Assembly (NCBI GenBank): GCA_034780895.1
Contig: JAUZTB010000135.1
Location: forward strand, 80,659,451 to 80,723,450
Source of the DNA: Rhynchobatus australiae
Lineage: Eukaryota
Length of the DNA stretch: 64,000 bases
Direction of reading: 5' to 3'
In this document: positions 37,171 to 48,700 of the stretch, in pieces
How positions within the stretch are numbered: position 1 is the stretch's first letter
Layout: each line of letters starts with the position of its first letter
The notes under the pieces: generated by a model
Database searches by the model: none
Told to the model about the DNA's origin: nothing
What the model saw: the letters and a program-made list of their open reading frames with translations, nothing else
Made by a program: the position numbers and the translations under genes

Positions 37171-38705
37171 TTTCACTGTAACACTAACCTTGTACTTTTT
37201 TTTACATATCCAGGTGCCACAACTAGCGTGGCAGCAATGAGTGGTAAATAGGGAATTAGGGTAGCACTTACTAGTATCACAGTCAAATAAGTGACAGCAA
37301 GACCAAAAAGGAGTCATCAAGGTTGCTTTGTCTCTTTCTCCTGTTCCAAATCTGCAGCTACTTGCCAGAGAGCTAATGGCAAGGACGGGCAGCAGACACA
37401 CCTCTATGATCGCTCAGCCAAGTACAGTAGAATTATTCCAGAGTGGTGCAGGTAGCATAACCCTGTTTAACCACCCCACTGGTTTGCTCTGTTACAGTGC
37501 CTGTGGCAGTATGGCTTTCATTGAATATATGCAACTCACAAGAATGCTTAGGCTATGCACTGAAGTCATGAGCCTTGCTGTCAGTGAACAGCTCTTGCTG
37601 CCCAGTGGCCAACTATTGTTTGCCTTCCTTCCTCATCTACAGTCTGCACAGTGAAATGCTGCTAGAAGACCAGACAATGACCTGTAAACATCACTCCTAG
37701 TGCCACACAATACAAAGATGGTGAGGGACTGGTATTTCTTTCAGTTCAGTTGTCTCTCAGAGTTGGTATCCAATGTCCATAATATGAAATCTATTCAGCT
37801 GACAGCGCAATGCACTCCAGAAAGTCTGTGGAACTCTAAAAACCATATGCTGTTGCTCTCTGGGAGGAAAGAATGGAAAATAATTAGATGTCTGTGAATA
37901 AAGGGTGTCATTGGGCTCCCTTACCTCACAGGTATCAGTAAACTGCAATAGCTGCAAATACCTCCAGCTCCAGACAAAGATCAACCATGGTTATGGCCCT
38001 GCACTGCTAACGTTTTAAGTGTAGCAGTTACTGCATTTCAAAAAGGACATTCTTACTGATGCATGGATGTTTCACACATGGCCGCTTACTAAAGCTAGAG
38101 AAGAATTGTTCCCTGAGCTTCCCAAATCCTCTTGTTGAGAGCCCAAAGTAGGACAAATTCCTTCAGCACCTGACACATTGGTCCCTGTAGAATTTATAGC
38201 TTTAATGAACTCTAGAACATTCATAGAATCATTAATAGCAAGCAGAAATCAAATTGTTAACTAACCTGATGTTCTCTTTTAATAGTACTGTTGTGGGATT
38301 CTTCTTGCCACTGGCACATTTTTCAGACTGGCATTATTAAGTGAGGCCATTAGCTGGAGTATTGAGCTTCAAAATGGCAATCCTGACATGTTCAAAATCT
38401 GCCTACTTTGCACAATTCCAGTAGGTATTGGCTGTGCACATGTGCCAACACTCTCATTAATAAAGCCACAGGCATTCCTTGCCAGATGTATGTCCGGATA
38501 CACATCCAACATCAATTTGGAACAGAAACAGAATCTAAATGTGCTACTGATCCAAATTTTTCACCCAAAGGTTATAGCTGTGAATGCCAAACGATTTGAA
38601 ACAATAGCTAAACTCAGTCTGAAGGGACTGTAGCAGACAACAGGAACTGAGCAATAGGAACAACATCAAGGACAATTAAGAGGAACAGTATTAGAGAACA
38701 TTTAC

Positions 38706-38762
38706 CGGTTGAGGATAGGCTTCTGAAGAAGCTGATGCTGTTTGAACTGTCTCTGGAACTTT
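38706..38762 (-). CDS. stau2: Probable stau2 internal exon (insert exon 2), (G)KFQRQFKQHQLLQKPILN(R)
   Basis: actttgtttgagttcag|A AAG...AAC CG|gtaaat. 57 nt, phase 2 to 2, open in the frame set by the upstream exon. Confidence 0.6.
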
Positions 38763-38897
38763 CTGAACTCAAACAAAGTTTATTAAAGTGTTTTCAGAAT
38801 ATAAAAAGCTTGTTGTGTTCCCAACATTAACCAAGAGAACTCTCTGAATGTGCTTATGTACCAACATACAAACTTCCAGCCACCATCAATCAAATAG

Positions 38898-39078
38898 TGG
38901 AACTGAAAACAATAACAACCTCATTNNNNNNNNNNNNNNNNNNNNNNNNNNNNNNNNNNNNNNNNNNNNNNNNNNNNNNNNNNNNNNNNNNNNNNNNNNN
39001 NNNNNNNNNNNNNNNNNNNNNNNNNATTCCAGTTCTGCCAGACTGGAATAAATGAGGTTGTTATTGTTTTCAGTTCCA
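38898..39078. repeat. Perfect 28-bp inverted repeat plus an inner 8-bp palindrome, spanning a 100-N gap
   Basis: tggaactgaaaacaataacaacctcatt (38898-38925) and aatgaggttgttattgttttcagttcca (39051-39078); inner attccagt-tctgccag-actggaat (39026-39049). Confidence 0.7.
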
Positions 39079-39259
39079 GTATAAACAAAGTTATATTGAA
39101 AGTTTAAGGAAATTAGACTTGCTCACTATGAAGCATAGAAAACTACAAGGTAATCTTTTAAAAATTATTCAGAAAAGTGGCAAAATTAATCCAAGTAATT
39201 CGTTCTCTGCATTAAAGTGTTAAAACACATGTTACAAATGCTGCGACCCCCAAAGTTAC

Positions 39260-39501
39260 CCACGTTTGATGCTCAGCAGACCAGAACATTGCTTTCTCTG
39301 GGCAGACTGGCCTCTTGGTCTCTTGTGAGAGCAGCAGCATGACTCTCCGTAGCCAGGAATACCTGCCTCTCCTAAATTGCTGTTGCTGATTTGGGGTAGG
39401 CAGATGCTTAACTGCTTGCGAGGTGGAATGTAGAGGACAATGTTGCCCCTCTTCGGCCAGGTCCTTCCTTCGGCTGTGTTATCATCAGAATGGCGGCAGG
39501 A
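39260..39501 (-). CDS. stau2: Probable stau2 internal exon (insert exon 1), SCRHSDDNTAEGRTWPKRGNIVLYIPPRKQLSICLPQISNSNLGEAGIPGYGESCCCSHKRPRGQSAQRKQCSGLLSIKR(G)
   Basis: ccctttcaatatag|TCC...CGT GG|gtaact. 242 nt; only the phase-0 frame is open, matching the phase-0 end of exon 44418-44531. GC/CpG-richer than its flanks. Confidence 0.6.
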
Positions 39502-42500
39502 CTATATTGAAAGGGCTATGGTTTTTACCTACTTTTTCTGACTCCTCAGCAAACTGATCACTCCATTCTTGTAAAAGATTTCTGCACTCTCAAAAATGGG
39601 ACAGAAGATGAGTGGCCAGGAAGTGATATTTAAGTTCCACTTCAATTGCATTTCACTTCACTGGGATAATATCTTCATTTCCGTAGATTTCCCTAATTAG
39701 CATCTCAAATGGTGTTTTAGCCCATTTGTGGTATCCCCAGAAAATTTGTGGAAAGTGGTGTCTGGGAATTCAAAAGGTAGTAATTACCATGTTTAAGTTA
39801 CCACCAATGGAATCATAACCCAAATGCAGTATATGTGCAGTTACATCACCCCTTTAAAAAGATGATCCAACAGGCAAGACATTTATATAATTAATATATC
39901 ATTAACTTTTTGGAAATTAGGTTAATAAACAACTTACGTATGTAATTGAAAAGCTAGCAATGCTGGGTTCAACTAAATTGCATATTAATATATACTGAAT
40001 GCAAGCAGCCAGCTCACAGAGCATTACAACATTTCTTGATTATGATGTAGAAATTATACAACTGACAAGATTTTTCTGGGATGGAGAAACAACTAGAAAT
40101 AACAAATTCCTGTTTTTTCTTGTCATATATCCAAAATAAAACAGCTACTTCAAGTGGCCAGCTAATTACATCCGCCTTGAATATTTGAAACTGTTGAGAA
40201 GACACAGCTTTGATGACAGGATGGCATATTTATCATTCACAAACTAAAGGATTTTTAAATACTTCTCCAAACGTGCATACATAGATTCAAATTTCTGAAT
40301 TGCAATCTTGTTCCAAAACTGAAATTAATTACTGTGTTCATAATACTGGAGCAGCAGAAGATCTGATAGTGATGGCATTTACAGTGCCTCTGAAATGATA
40401 ATCCTTTGATGACATACAGAAGTCTCTTTTATAATTGCGTGCTGTGGAAAATGTATCACTGGTATGTGCGCAACCTTAAAAATATAAAAAATGCCCACTC
40501 TCACGCAGACTTACTTTGTTCCTGTTTTGACTTCCTAAAGTAATGTTCAGTAATATGTTGGGCATTTCTTTAACTGGAATAGACTTTGTTTTTATAAAAA
40601 AGACAGCTCATTCCAGAGTGAAAAGATTTCAACAGCTGCTGTCTTGGTGACATTAAGGACCCCATCGGAGGTGTCCTGCTGCACTAATGTCTTAGAAATG
40701 TTTAAAAGAAACTTCAAACAATCTGCATCCAGTAGGCGGTAGAAAGCTCACCACAGGGTTCATTTGAAGACCAGTCCAGCAGTCACTCAGTCATGAATCA
40801 GAACTGTCAGTGACTGTCCAGTTAATAAACAGGTGTCAATGGTCCGTGAAACAAACTTAGTCCATTGCTTCTACTGAACATGTCTTTATAATTACACCTT
40901 TTTGATATTTGAATATCATTGCTTGCTTTCTATATTATGATTAAAGAAAGGTAATGAATTGTTACAGACTATTATTGCAAACATACACTGCCATGTAAGC
41001 TCCAGTTGTAAACCAGTCTTCAACATGGGGAGTACTTAATTTTATTTTCAGCTTTGGGATGGGGGCTGGGATAAAATTATGAATAGATTTAGGTCGGAAA
41101 AAAAGTGAAAAGTGTCAATGCTGCTGTTGTGTATGGGATCCACAATTTTGTAGTCAGTGAGAATGACCGAATCCAGTTACCACTGTGATATTTCAGTGAC
41201 GGAGGTGTACATTAAAACATCCAGCACCCTTGGGATTTTGGTGATCCTGAACTATTGCATGCTACTTGTATTAATACCCAATCCACTTATAATTCAATTT
41301 TTTTAAATGCAAACCAATTGTATCATAATTTTTTCAGAGAACTGGANNNNNNNNNNNNNNNNNNNNNNNNNNNNNNNNNNNNNNNNNNNNNNNNNNNNNN
41401 NNNNNNNNNNNNNNNNNNNNNNNNNNNNNNNNNNNNNNNNNNNNNNNNNNNNNNNNNNNNNNNNNNNNNNNNNNNNNNNNNNNNNNNNNNNNNNNNNNNN
41501 NNNNNNNNNNNNNNNNNNNNNNNNNNNNNNNNNNNNNNNNNNNNNNNNNNNNNNNNNNNNNNNNNNNNNNNNNNNNNNNNNNNNNNNNNNNNNNNNNNNN
41601 NNNNNNNNNNNNNNNNNNNNNNNNNNNNNNNNNNNNNNNNNNNNNNNNNNNNNNNNNNNNNNNNNNNNNNNNNNNNNNNNNNNNNNNNNNNNNNNNNNNN
41701 NNNNNNNNNNNNNNNNNNNNNNNNNNNNNNNNNNNNNNNNNNNNNNNNNNNNNNNNNNNNNNNNNNNNNNNNNNNNNNNNNNNNNNNNNNNNNNNNNNNN
41801 NNNNNNNNNNNNNNNNNNNNNNNNNNNNNNNNNNNNNNNNNNNNNNNNNNNNNNNNNNNNNNNNNNNNNNNNNNNNNNNNNNNNNNNNNNNNNNNNNNNN
41901 NNNNNNNNNNNNNNNNNNNNNNNNNNNNNNNNNNNNNNNNNNNNNNNNNNNNNNNNNNNNNNNNNNNNNNNNNNNNNNNNNNNNNNNNNNNNNNNNNNNN
42001 NNNNNNNNNNNTAAGTATGTGGGCCAAAGAGTAGAAGATAATACAGCATATACCGTAAACTCATCACAGTTCATTGCACCGACTGTGTAATTCAAAGGGT
42101 GAACAGAAATAGAATGTACTATTCTGAAGATAAATTTATTGATATCAACATTTTTAAAAACTCTGCTGATGAACAAAAGGGTATGTTCAGTTCAGAACCA
42201 CCTACGAAATCATATATTTGCAGTAATGAGCAATTTACAAGCATTAAAAGCTGTACTGATCATTTCATTAAATATATGGAACAAGCAGTACCAACCTTTC
42301 CTTGAATTGGCTGTCATTACTGAGAACAAAGTAGAATATCAGCATAAAATATTAACAAATTAATGTTTTTCCAGTCATTTGATCATCTTGCTTTTACTTC
42401 ATCCACCCCAACAAGTCCCACCTTTGAACTAAATGTCTAGATCCACTTGGTAACTTGCAGTTATATTTGACAATTTTAGGCATAAGAAACTGGTGGAACT

Positions 42501-43829
42501 TTCTTAAACATGATGGTACAGAATAATGGTGAAAAACTACTGCAACATAACATTTTACTTATTATTTAACTAATCCTTGCTGGTATTTCTGCATGTCAAG
42601 AGATCGTGTGGACCAATGATCTTAGGAATTTTCAAACCCCTGTAGTCACAGATTAAATCTCAGACAACTAATTCTCAAACCTGTTCTTTAAACTTTTCAA
42701 ACTGATGAATAACTTTTCTAGTCTTTAGCTATGCTGCTGGGGGAGGGGAAAGGTTGGTACTGTCCAGAACAACTGTCCTCATTCTTTTCACTGAAGCAAA
42801 TAGATCCCCAGTAAATCAAAGGTGCCAGAACCCACTTAGGAATCTATAGTTCATTCTCCTGGCTCGACATGAACAGCTACTTTTGTTTATTGGAATAGAA
42901 TTTGGGAGCCAACGGGGCAATCTTTTAAGAGGGCAATTTCCACTCTTTCTCATACTGATTTAGCCTTTTCATGCAACAGTAGCTTAAACATGATATATAT
43001 AACAATTTGTTTATCATCATAATGAAAATTGTTACTCATTTACAACATACAATGGTAAATCTATCTGTAGTAATGAATAAGCCTTCAAAAGTATATGAAG
43101 CTCTAGTATCAGAGCAAGTGCACATAGTAGACTCTATCTTCTCTGGAGTTAATTTCATGCTTCAATAAAGATCAACAATGAATCTAGTCCTCCTACATTA
43201 ATGCTTGAATGAAACTGATGTTATCTTTGTAGTATTATACTGTAATTAATTCAGGAATAATGAGTTTTCAGTTAAATTACATTTTCTGCAATATTTCCAT
43301 CTCTGGTGAAATCTAATACTTGTGTCAAAAAAACAAATCTTCTGCAAACTTTCACCCAAGTCCCAACGAAATTCTAAACCAGTTACTTGTTTTTTTAATG
43401 ATAGCTATTAAAATATATAGTTAATTGAAAAATGGTTAAAATCCACATGACAGATCTTCTCTAGTAATTTGGCGGGATTTGCCAACAAAATCACTGCAGA
43501 AATCCTGATTTTCAGCATTGGTTCGGTTTAAATTAGCAGTGGCAATTTTTATCCTGCTGCTTGTGCTGTAAACTGCCTGTGTTGTACCACTGGATTCTTT
43601 ATGGAGTCCAATGGAGCAACGTGATCTTCTGCAGATTTCCTAGCTCTCAGGCTGAAAATCGACCTGTGCTGTCTTAAATATGACAGCTCCCCTTCAAGCA
43701 AATGGGAGACATTGGCTCAAGGGAGAAGGGCAGTTGTATTTTTATTATTTAAGTCAACTTTAATGATTGAATTGATCTTTCCTGTTTAAAGGGAAATACT
43801 TTAATATTTAAATTTTTTCAACAAAGATT

Positions 43830-44134
43830 TTTTTCCACACATTGAGTTTTATTGTATGCTTGCAAATATCAAAGATATTTATTGAACATTTATGAGATTC
43901 ACAAACATTCAATGGCCACAACCATACTGCCAGCTTTGACAGAGTGGCTGGCTCAGACTGACCATTAAAGGCATTCTCTGGGTTGCCTGCACTAAGAAGT
44001 CCCCTATGCTGCACTCCACCATGCAAAGTGTTGGCTCCCAAGGACAAACGTGCCGGAGGCAACAGTGTAGCCTGGTACAGGCGGGCAGCAATCCCGAAGC
44101 AATGCAAGACCCACCCCTAAAACTTAACCACGCA
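43830..44134 (-). other. stau2: Candidate stau2 alternative terminal exon (CVVKF*, 3' UTR, two AATAAA)
   Basis: Strong acceptor tttgtgtctttttctttcag|TGC GTG GTT AAG TTT TAG (stop 44117-44119); minus-strand AATAAA at 43878-43883 and 43848-43853. Confidence 0.4.
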
Positions 44135-44417
44135 CTGAAAGAAAAAGACACAAATTTCACTCTTTGCCGATATTTTATCACCCAATTTTTCTCAGATCAT
44201 ATGTTGCCAGGACATAGATAAACCAGGCAAAGAAAAGGATTTTAAAAATTCACAGGTTTGCATTTCACCATTAACTACCAACCAGCTCAACCTATGGCCT
44301 TTAATATGCTTGTGATTGCTAGTCTACCTCTGAGTCTAGTAACACATTAGGTAATAGAAAAGAAAAATGTAACAATTGTTATCACTTTTAATATAGATTA
44401 TATTTTTGGTCATTTAC

Positions 44418-44531
44418 CTGATCACGGCTAGCTTCAATGGAACTTCCTATGCCGTGAAAAGTTATCTGTACAGGTGAAAGTGTCAGGTACGTCATACATT
44501 CTTTGCCGTTCTGCATATCACTGTACTGCAC
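44418..44531 (-). CDS. stau2: Staufen2 exon encoding the central part of dsRBD5, VQYSDMQNGKECMTYLTLSPVQITFHGIGSSIEASRDQ
   Basis: cattattcttctag|GTG...GAT CAG|gtaaat. 114 nt, phase 0 to 0. Closely resembles vertebrate STAU2 VHYCDRQSGKECVTCLTLAPVQMTFHAIGSSIEASHDQ as recalled. Confidence 0.93.
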
Positions 44532-46249
44532 CTAGAAGAATAATGATACATAGTACAGAAATAAAACCTATGACCAAGTTGTAACATGCTTCAAATAAAA
44601 TTAGAGTCAGCATTAGATTTGCTAAAATAAACTGCTATTGTATATTTTTAATTATGCAAATAGAATTGCAATGAGATTTCTTTCAGGGTTAAACATATAT
44701 AGGGGTTTGAATGCTCCAGACCAGATGAAAGCAGGGGACTTGATAGGAAATGGTCTTCTGAGGTATTCCTGGAGGCCACTGCCCTATGATTGATTTGAAT
44801 TACTAAGTCCCTACAAGTTTTCCATGATTATGTTAAATGCTCAGTTACCGAATCAACTAAAAGTTCTATTACTTCATTACAGCCAAAAATACAGGTAAAG
44901 AATGCATAAGTAAGTACAATATTTGTATCTAAAATGCTTGTTATATTAAGTGCACAAATTTTTTTAGATAAACAGCATAAAAATTGGACAATTAATAACA
45001 ATAAAAGTCTTCTCAGTTCCTTACACTGGAGAAAATAGTACGGTTGATTGTTCAGCTTTGACTTGTCAGGGTCTAATTCAATTCAACTATCTACAAAATT
45101 CCCTGATACAGTGCAGAGAAACATTCTTTGATTAGTTATTCAATAGGAAAGAATTCTGTCACCATGTCTATGAAAAGGGAGAAGGTTTGATCACTGATTA
45201 AAATATTGATGCATCACATTTTTGTAAATGGATTTTTTTCCTCATTTCAATGTTTAATAGATCTCCAATAGGCTTTATGTCCTACTATTTATTCACACCT
45301 TTAGACTGTTTTCTCTCACTCTGTAGTTCAATGAACTAAGAGTGTAGTTCCACTATGCTGTAAAGGCTTTGAAATTATATAAACTGTTTGAGCTGTTCAT
45401 TAAACATGTAAATATTGTAGCTGTGTCAAATCAGTAAAATGAGACATTGATATAAAACTTTCAAATCTTGACCTCTATTTATGAGATGTAGAGGATCCTA
45501 AAAACTTTCATCACATAGTCTGCATTACATTGGACAGAGCTTACGGTTGTAATGACAGCAAAACTCAAAAAGTACAACATCATTACTTTAAAAACTGACA
45601 ACATGTCATTCACACCATGAATTCCAGAAATTGCTCCATGGAAAGCATGCTTTTCCACAAGAGTACCTTGGTGTTTTCATCCAAATATAACAAATAAAAC
45701 AGTGATTTAATGTGAATTTCAATGTTTTACAATCTAATCTTGATGCAAGAACTACTGAAATACTACATCTTGTTGAGCTTTTAGAGTCATGATGAGAAAT
45801 AATTACTGCCGTGACCTTAAAATTTTTCTACACTCCCTTCAGCATGTATCATCCACAATTTCCCAGAAATATGGTATAAATGATAAACCCAAGATCAAAT
45901 CTAGAGCTTTGAAGAATTCTGAGGAATGATACACACAAGCCTTCAAGAAGTTAATTACACACATACACTGTATTTATCTGTTCAGAAACTTGAGGAAAAA
46001 GTGCCAAATCACAATTTGTTCTATCAACTAATCTTTCAATAGTTTATTTACAAAACCTCTTTCTATCATCAGTATAAAAGGTCACAGACTAAGTGCAGTG
46101 CATGTGAACAATAAACTGACAATCGGATGGGATCTCATTCTGCCTGTGGCCTCACCATAAGATTCTAGGTACACTCTGTAACTTCCTGAGCCAAGGGTAC
46201 CAGATATACCTGCCCCTCAGCATTCGTTGGCACATCTAACACAATTCCA

Positions 46250-46975
46250 TTCATGTGGGTCCCAAGGTTCAATGCAGGGACCACTGATTTTATTAATAAC
46301 TTGAATTTGGGTGGGTGAAGTAAAATGAACAGACAACATGAAGGTGAAATAAACACTAAGGAGATAGTAATAAGACCACAAGAGATTATACAATGGACAG
46401 ACTAGCAGCAGATGAAACAAAAATAGAAACTGTGGAAATTCCAATGTTTTCATTACGTCATTGGCCTGAAACATTAACTGTTTCTCTCTCCACAGAGCAG
46501 TTCTGAGGTGCTAAGTGTTTCCAGCATTTTCTGTTTTTATTTCAGATTTTCAACATTTATTTTTGCTTTGTGAAGTGGCCTATCAAAGTTCAAATATAGA
46601 GTTAAGTGATACATTTTGGCAGAATGAATGAGAGACAATATGACTAAATGGTCCTGTTCTAAAGATGTACAAGACAAGGGGACTCGTGAAAATGCATAAA
46701 TCTTTGAAAAAGGGCATGACATATTAAGAGACTGCTTGGTTAAAAAAATATGGAATTCTATGCTTCATAAACAGAGGCAAAGATCATAAAAGCAAGGGGA
46801 TTATGCTGAGCCTTTATAAAAGGCTGGTTAAACCACAACTGGAGAATAGAGTACAATTCTGGTCACTATAGCTTAGGAAGGATTTGAAGATCTTAGAGAG
46901 GATGGAGAAAAGATTTACTCGAATGGTTCCAGACAACAGGGACTTCAGATGCAAGGTTAGCTGGAGAAGCTGGCA
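46250..46975 (+). mobile_element. CR1 LINE RT fragment with a Penelope-like fragment inside (about 46455-46570)
   Basis: INRGKDHKSKGIMLSLYKRLVKPQLENRVQFWS-like CR1 ORF2 motif at about 46768-46865. Confidence 0.65.
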
Positions 46976-47559
46976 TGAAAACAGAAAATGTTGAAAATGC
47001 TCTGTGGGTCAAGCCGTGGCGTCTTTGGAGACAAAAATACAGTCAACATTTCAGGAAGAGTTAGGGTTAGAGTCAGAGTTAGAATATATTCAATGGCAAA
47101 TAACAAGCAGAATCATTGTGAAAAACAATTTGTCTTGAATTCCAAAAATATAGCAGCTAATTAAATTAGAAATGCTGCCATACATTTAAAAGACAAAGAA
47201 ACATAATATCCAGCTACGGCTGCATTTGACGGGAGATGTTCTGCAATGAGGGAAAATAAAAGAAAAAGCCTCTGGTGATCTCTCAGTTATGTAACCTTCA
47301 CCTTTTATAGTGCCATGCGATAAAAATTGTTATGAACATAGCAAGAGAGAGTCCTAAAAGCCTTAATATAATAAACAATAAGAATCAACTTGGCTTTAAA
47401 TAAATAGGATAAATGAAAAGGATAAAACACTTGCAGAGATTTCATGGTAAAGGAGAAAATATTATAATTTCTGAGAAGAAAATCTCCAGAATTTGACGAT
47501 TTCGCGACCAGACAATTTTCACAATGAGGTATTAGAAGAAGTAGGCAAGGGAAGTCTTG

Positions 47560-48700
47560 CTGCAATACACAATTTTCTAAAGCACCTGATGATTCAGGAA
47601 TTGTGCTTAGATTTGAAAATTGTAAATGCCACTCAATTATTTAAGAGAGAGAGAGAGTAAAAAAGGGGGAGGGGAATGGTAAGAGAGAGAAAAAAAGAGA
47701 TAAACAGGGATCAAACCTAACCCTCCTGACAGTTGTGGGGATGTTAGAGGAATCTGTCATCAGATTTGAAATGACTGAATATGTGGGAGCAGATGTGCAA
47801 TCAGAAAGTGAAAATGGATTCATAAACGACCATGTTACCTGGTTATATATTGTACTCACTAGCACTGTGGATAAGGTAACTTTTACAATGTTATCTTTGC
47901 AGACTTCCTTTGATAACATTCCACACATGAACAAGCAAAAACAAAAGCACACAGAATTTCAGGCAACTTTGTTCTTGGGTTGGTAGTTGTTTGTTGGATA
48001 AGAAACAGAATAAGGGTCTGAAACAAGACAGGATGATAGCAAATTATTTTCCTGAAATCATAGTCAGAAATAAGTAAAGAGAACACTCAACTGTAAAAAT
48101 TTTTTGTGTTACAAGCAATGATTTCCATGGACCAGGAACGGAGCCTTTCTTTTTAACTAAATATGTTAATGGTTGGATAAAAGTACAGAGTTTTCTGTCC
48201 AAATTTACAGATTATACTGAGATGGGTAGAGCAGTAAGATGTGTAGATAAAAGCAAGAATTTACAGAAAATATAAAAAAACTGAGTGATCAAAATTCTGC
48301 AAGCAGAATTTGAGATGGGGAAAGATATAATTTACTTTTAATCCAATAAAGGAAAATTGGAAGATTTCCTTAATTTTTTTGATATGGATAGTAGAAGAGG
48401 ACTCTGGTATCCATTTACACAAATAAATAATAACTAATGGGTAGATATAAAAAGAAAAAGGAATAAACTTTCTTATGCAATGAAGTTGAGTTACAAAGAG
48501 TGGGAAAATATACTTCAGCTGTAGACAGCCTTGGTTTGATTCTCTTTTGTGCTGCATTCAGTTCTTGGGACCAGCCCTCACAGAGATGCACTACTCTTGA
48601 AAAGATGCATCACAGGTTCATCAGAATAGTACCAAGGCTTAATAGATTGAATAGCGTTTCAGTTACATAGACTAGGTTAACAGTCACTTGAGCTTACAAA
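47560..48700 (+). mobile_element. Highly degraded CR1 LINE ORF2
   Basis: Remnants of SGIVxxDxKIVNAT, HGFI and FDNIPH motifs in the expected order. Confidence 0.45.
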
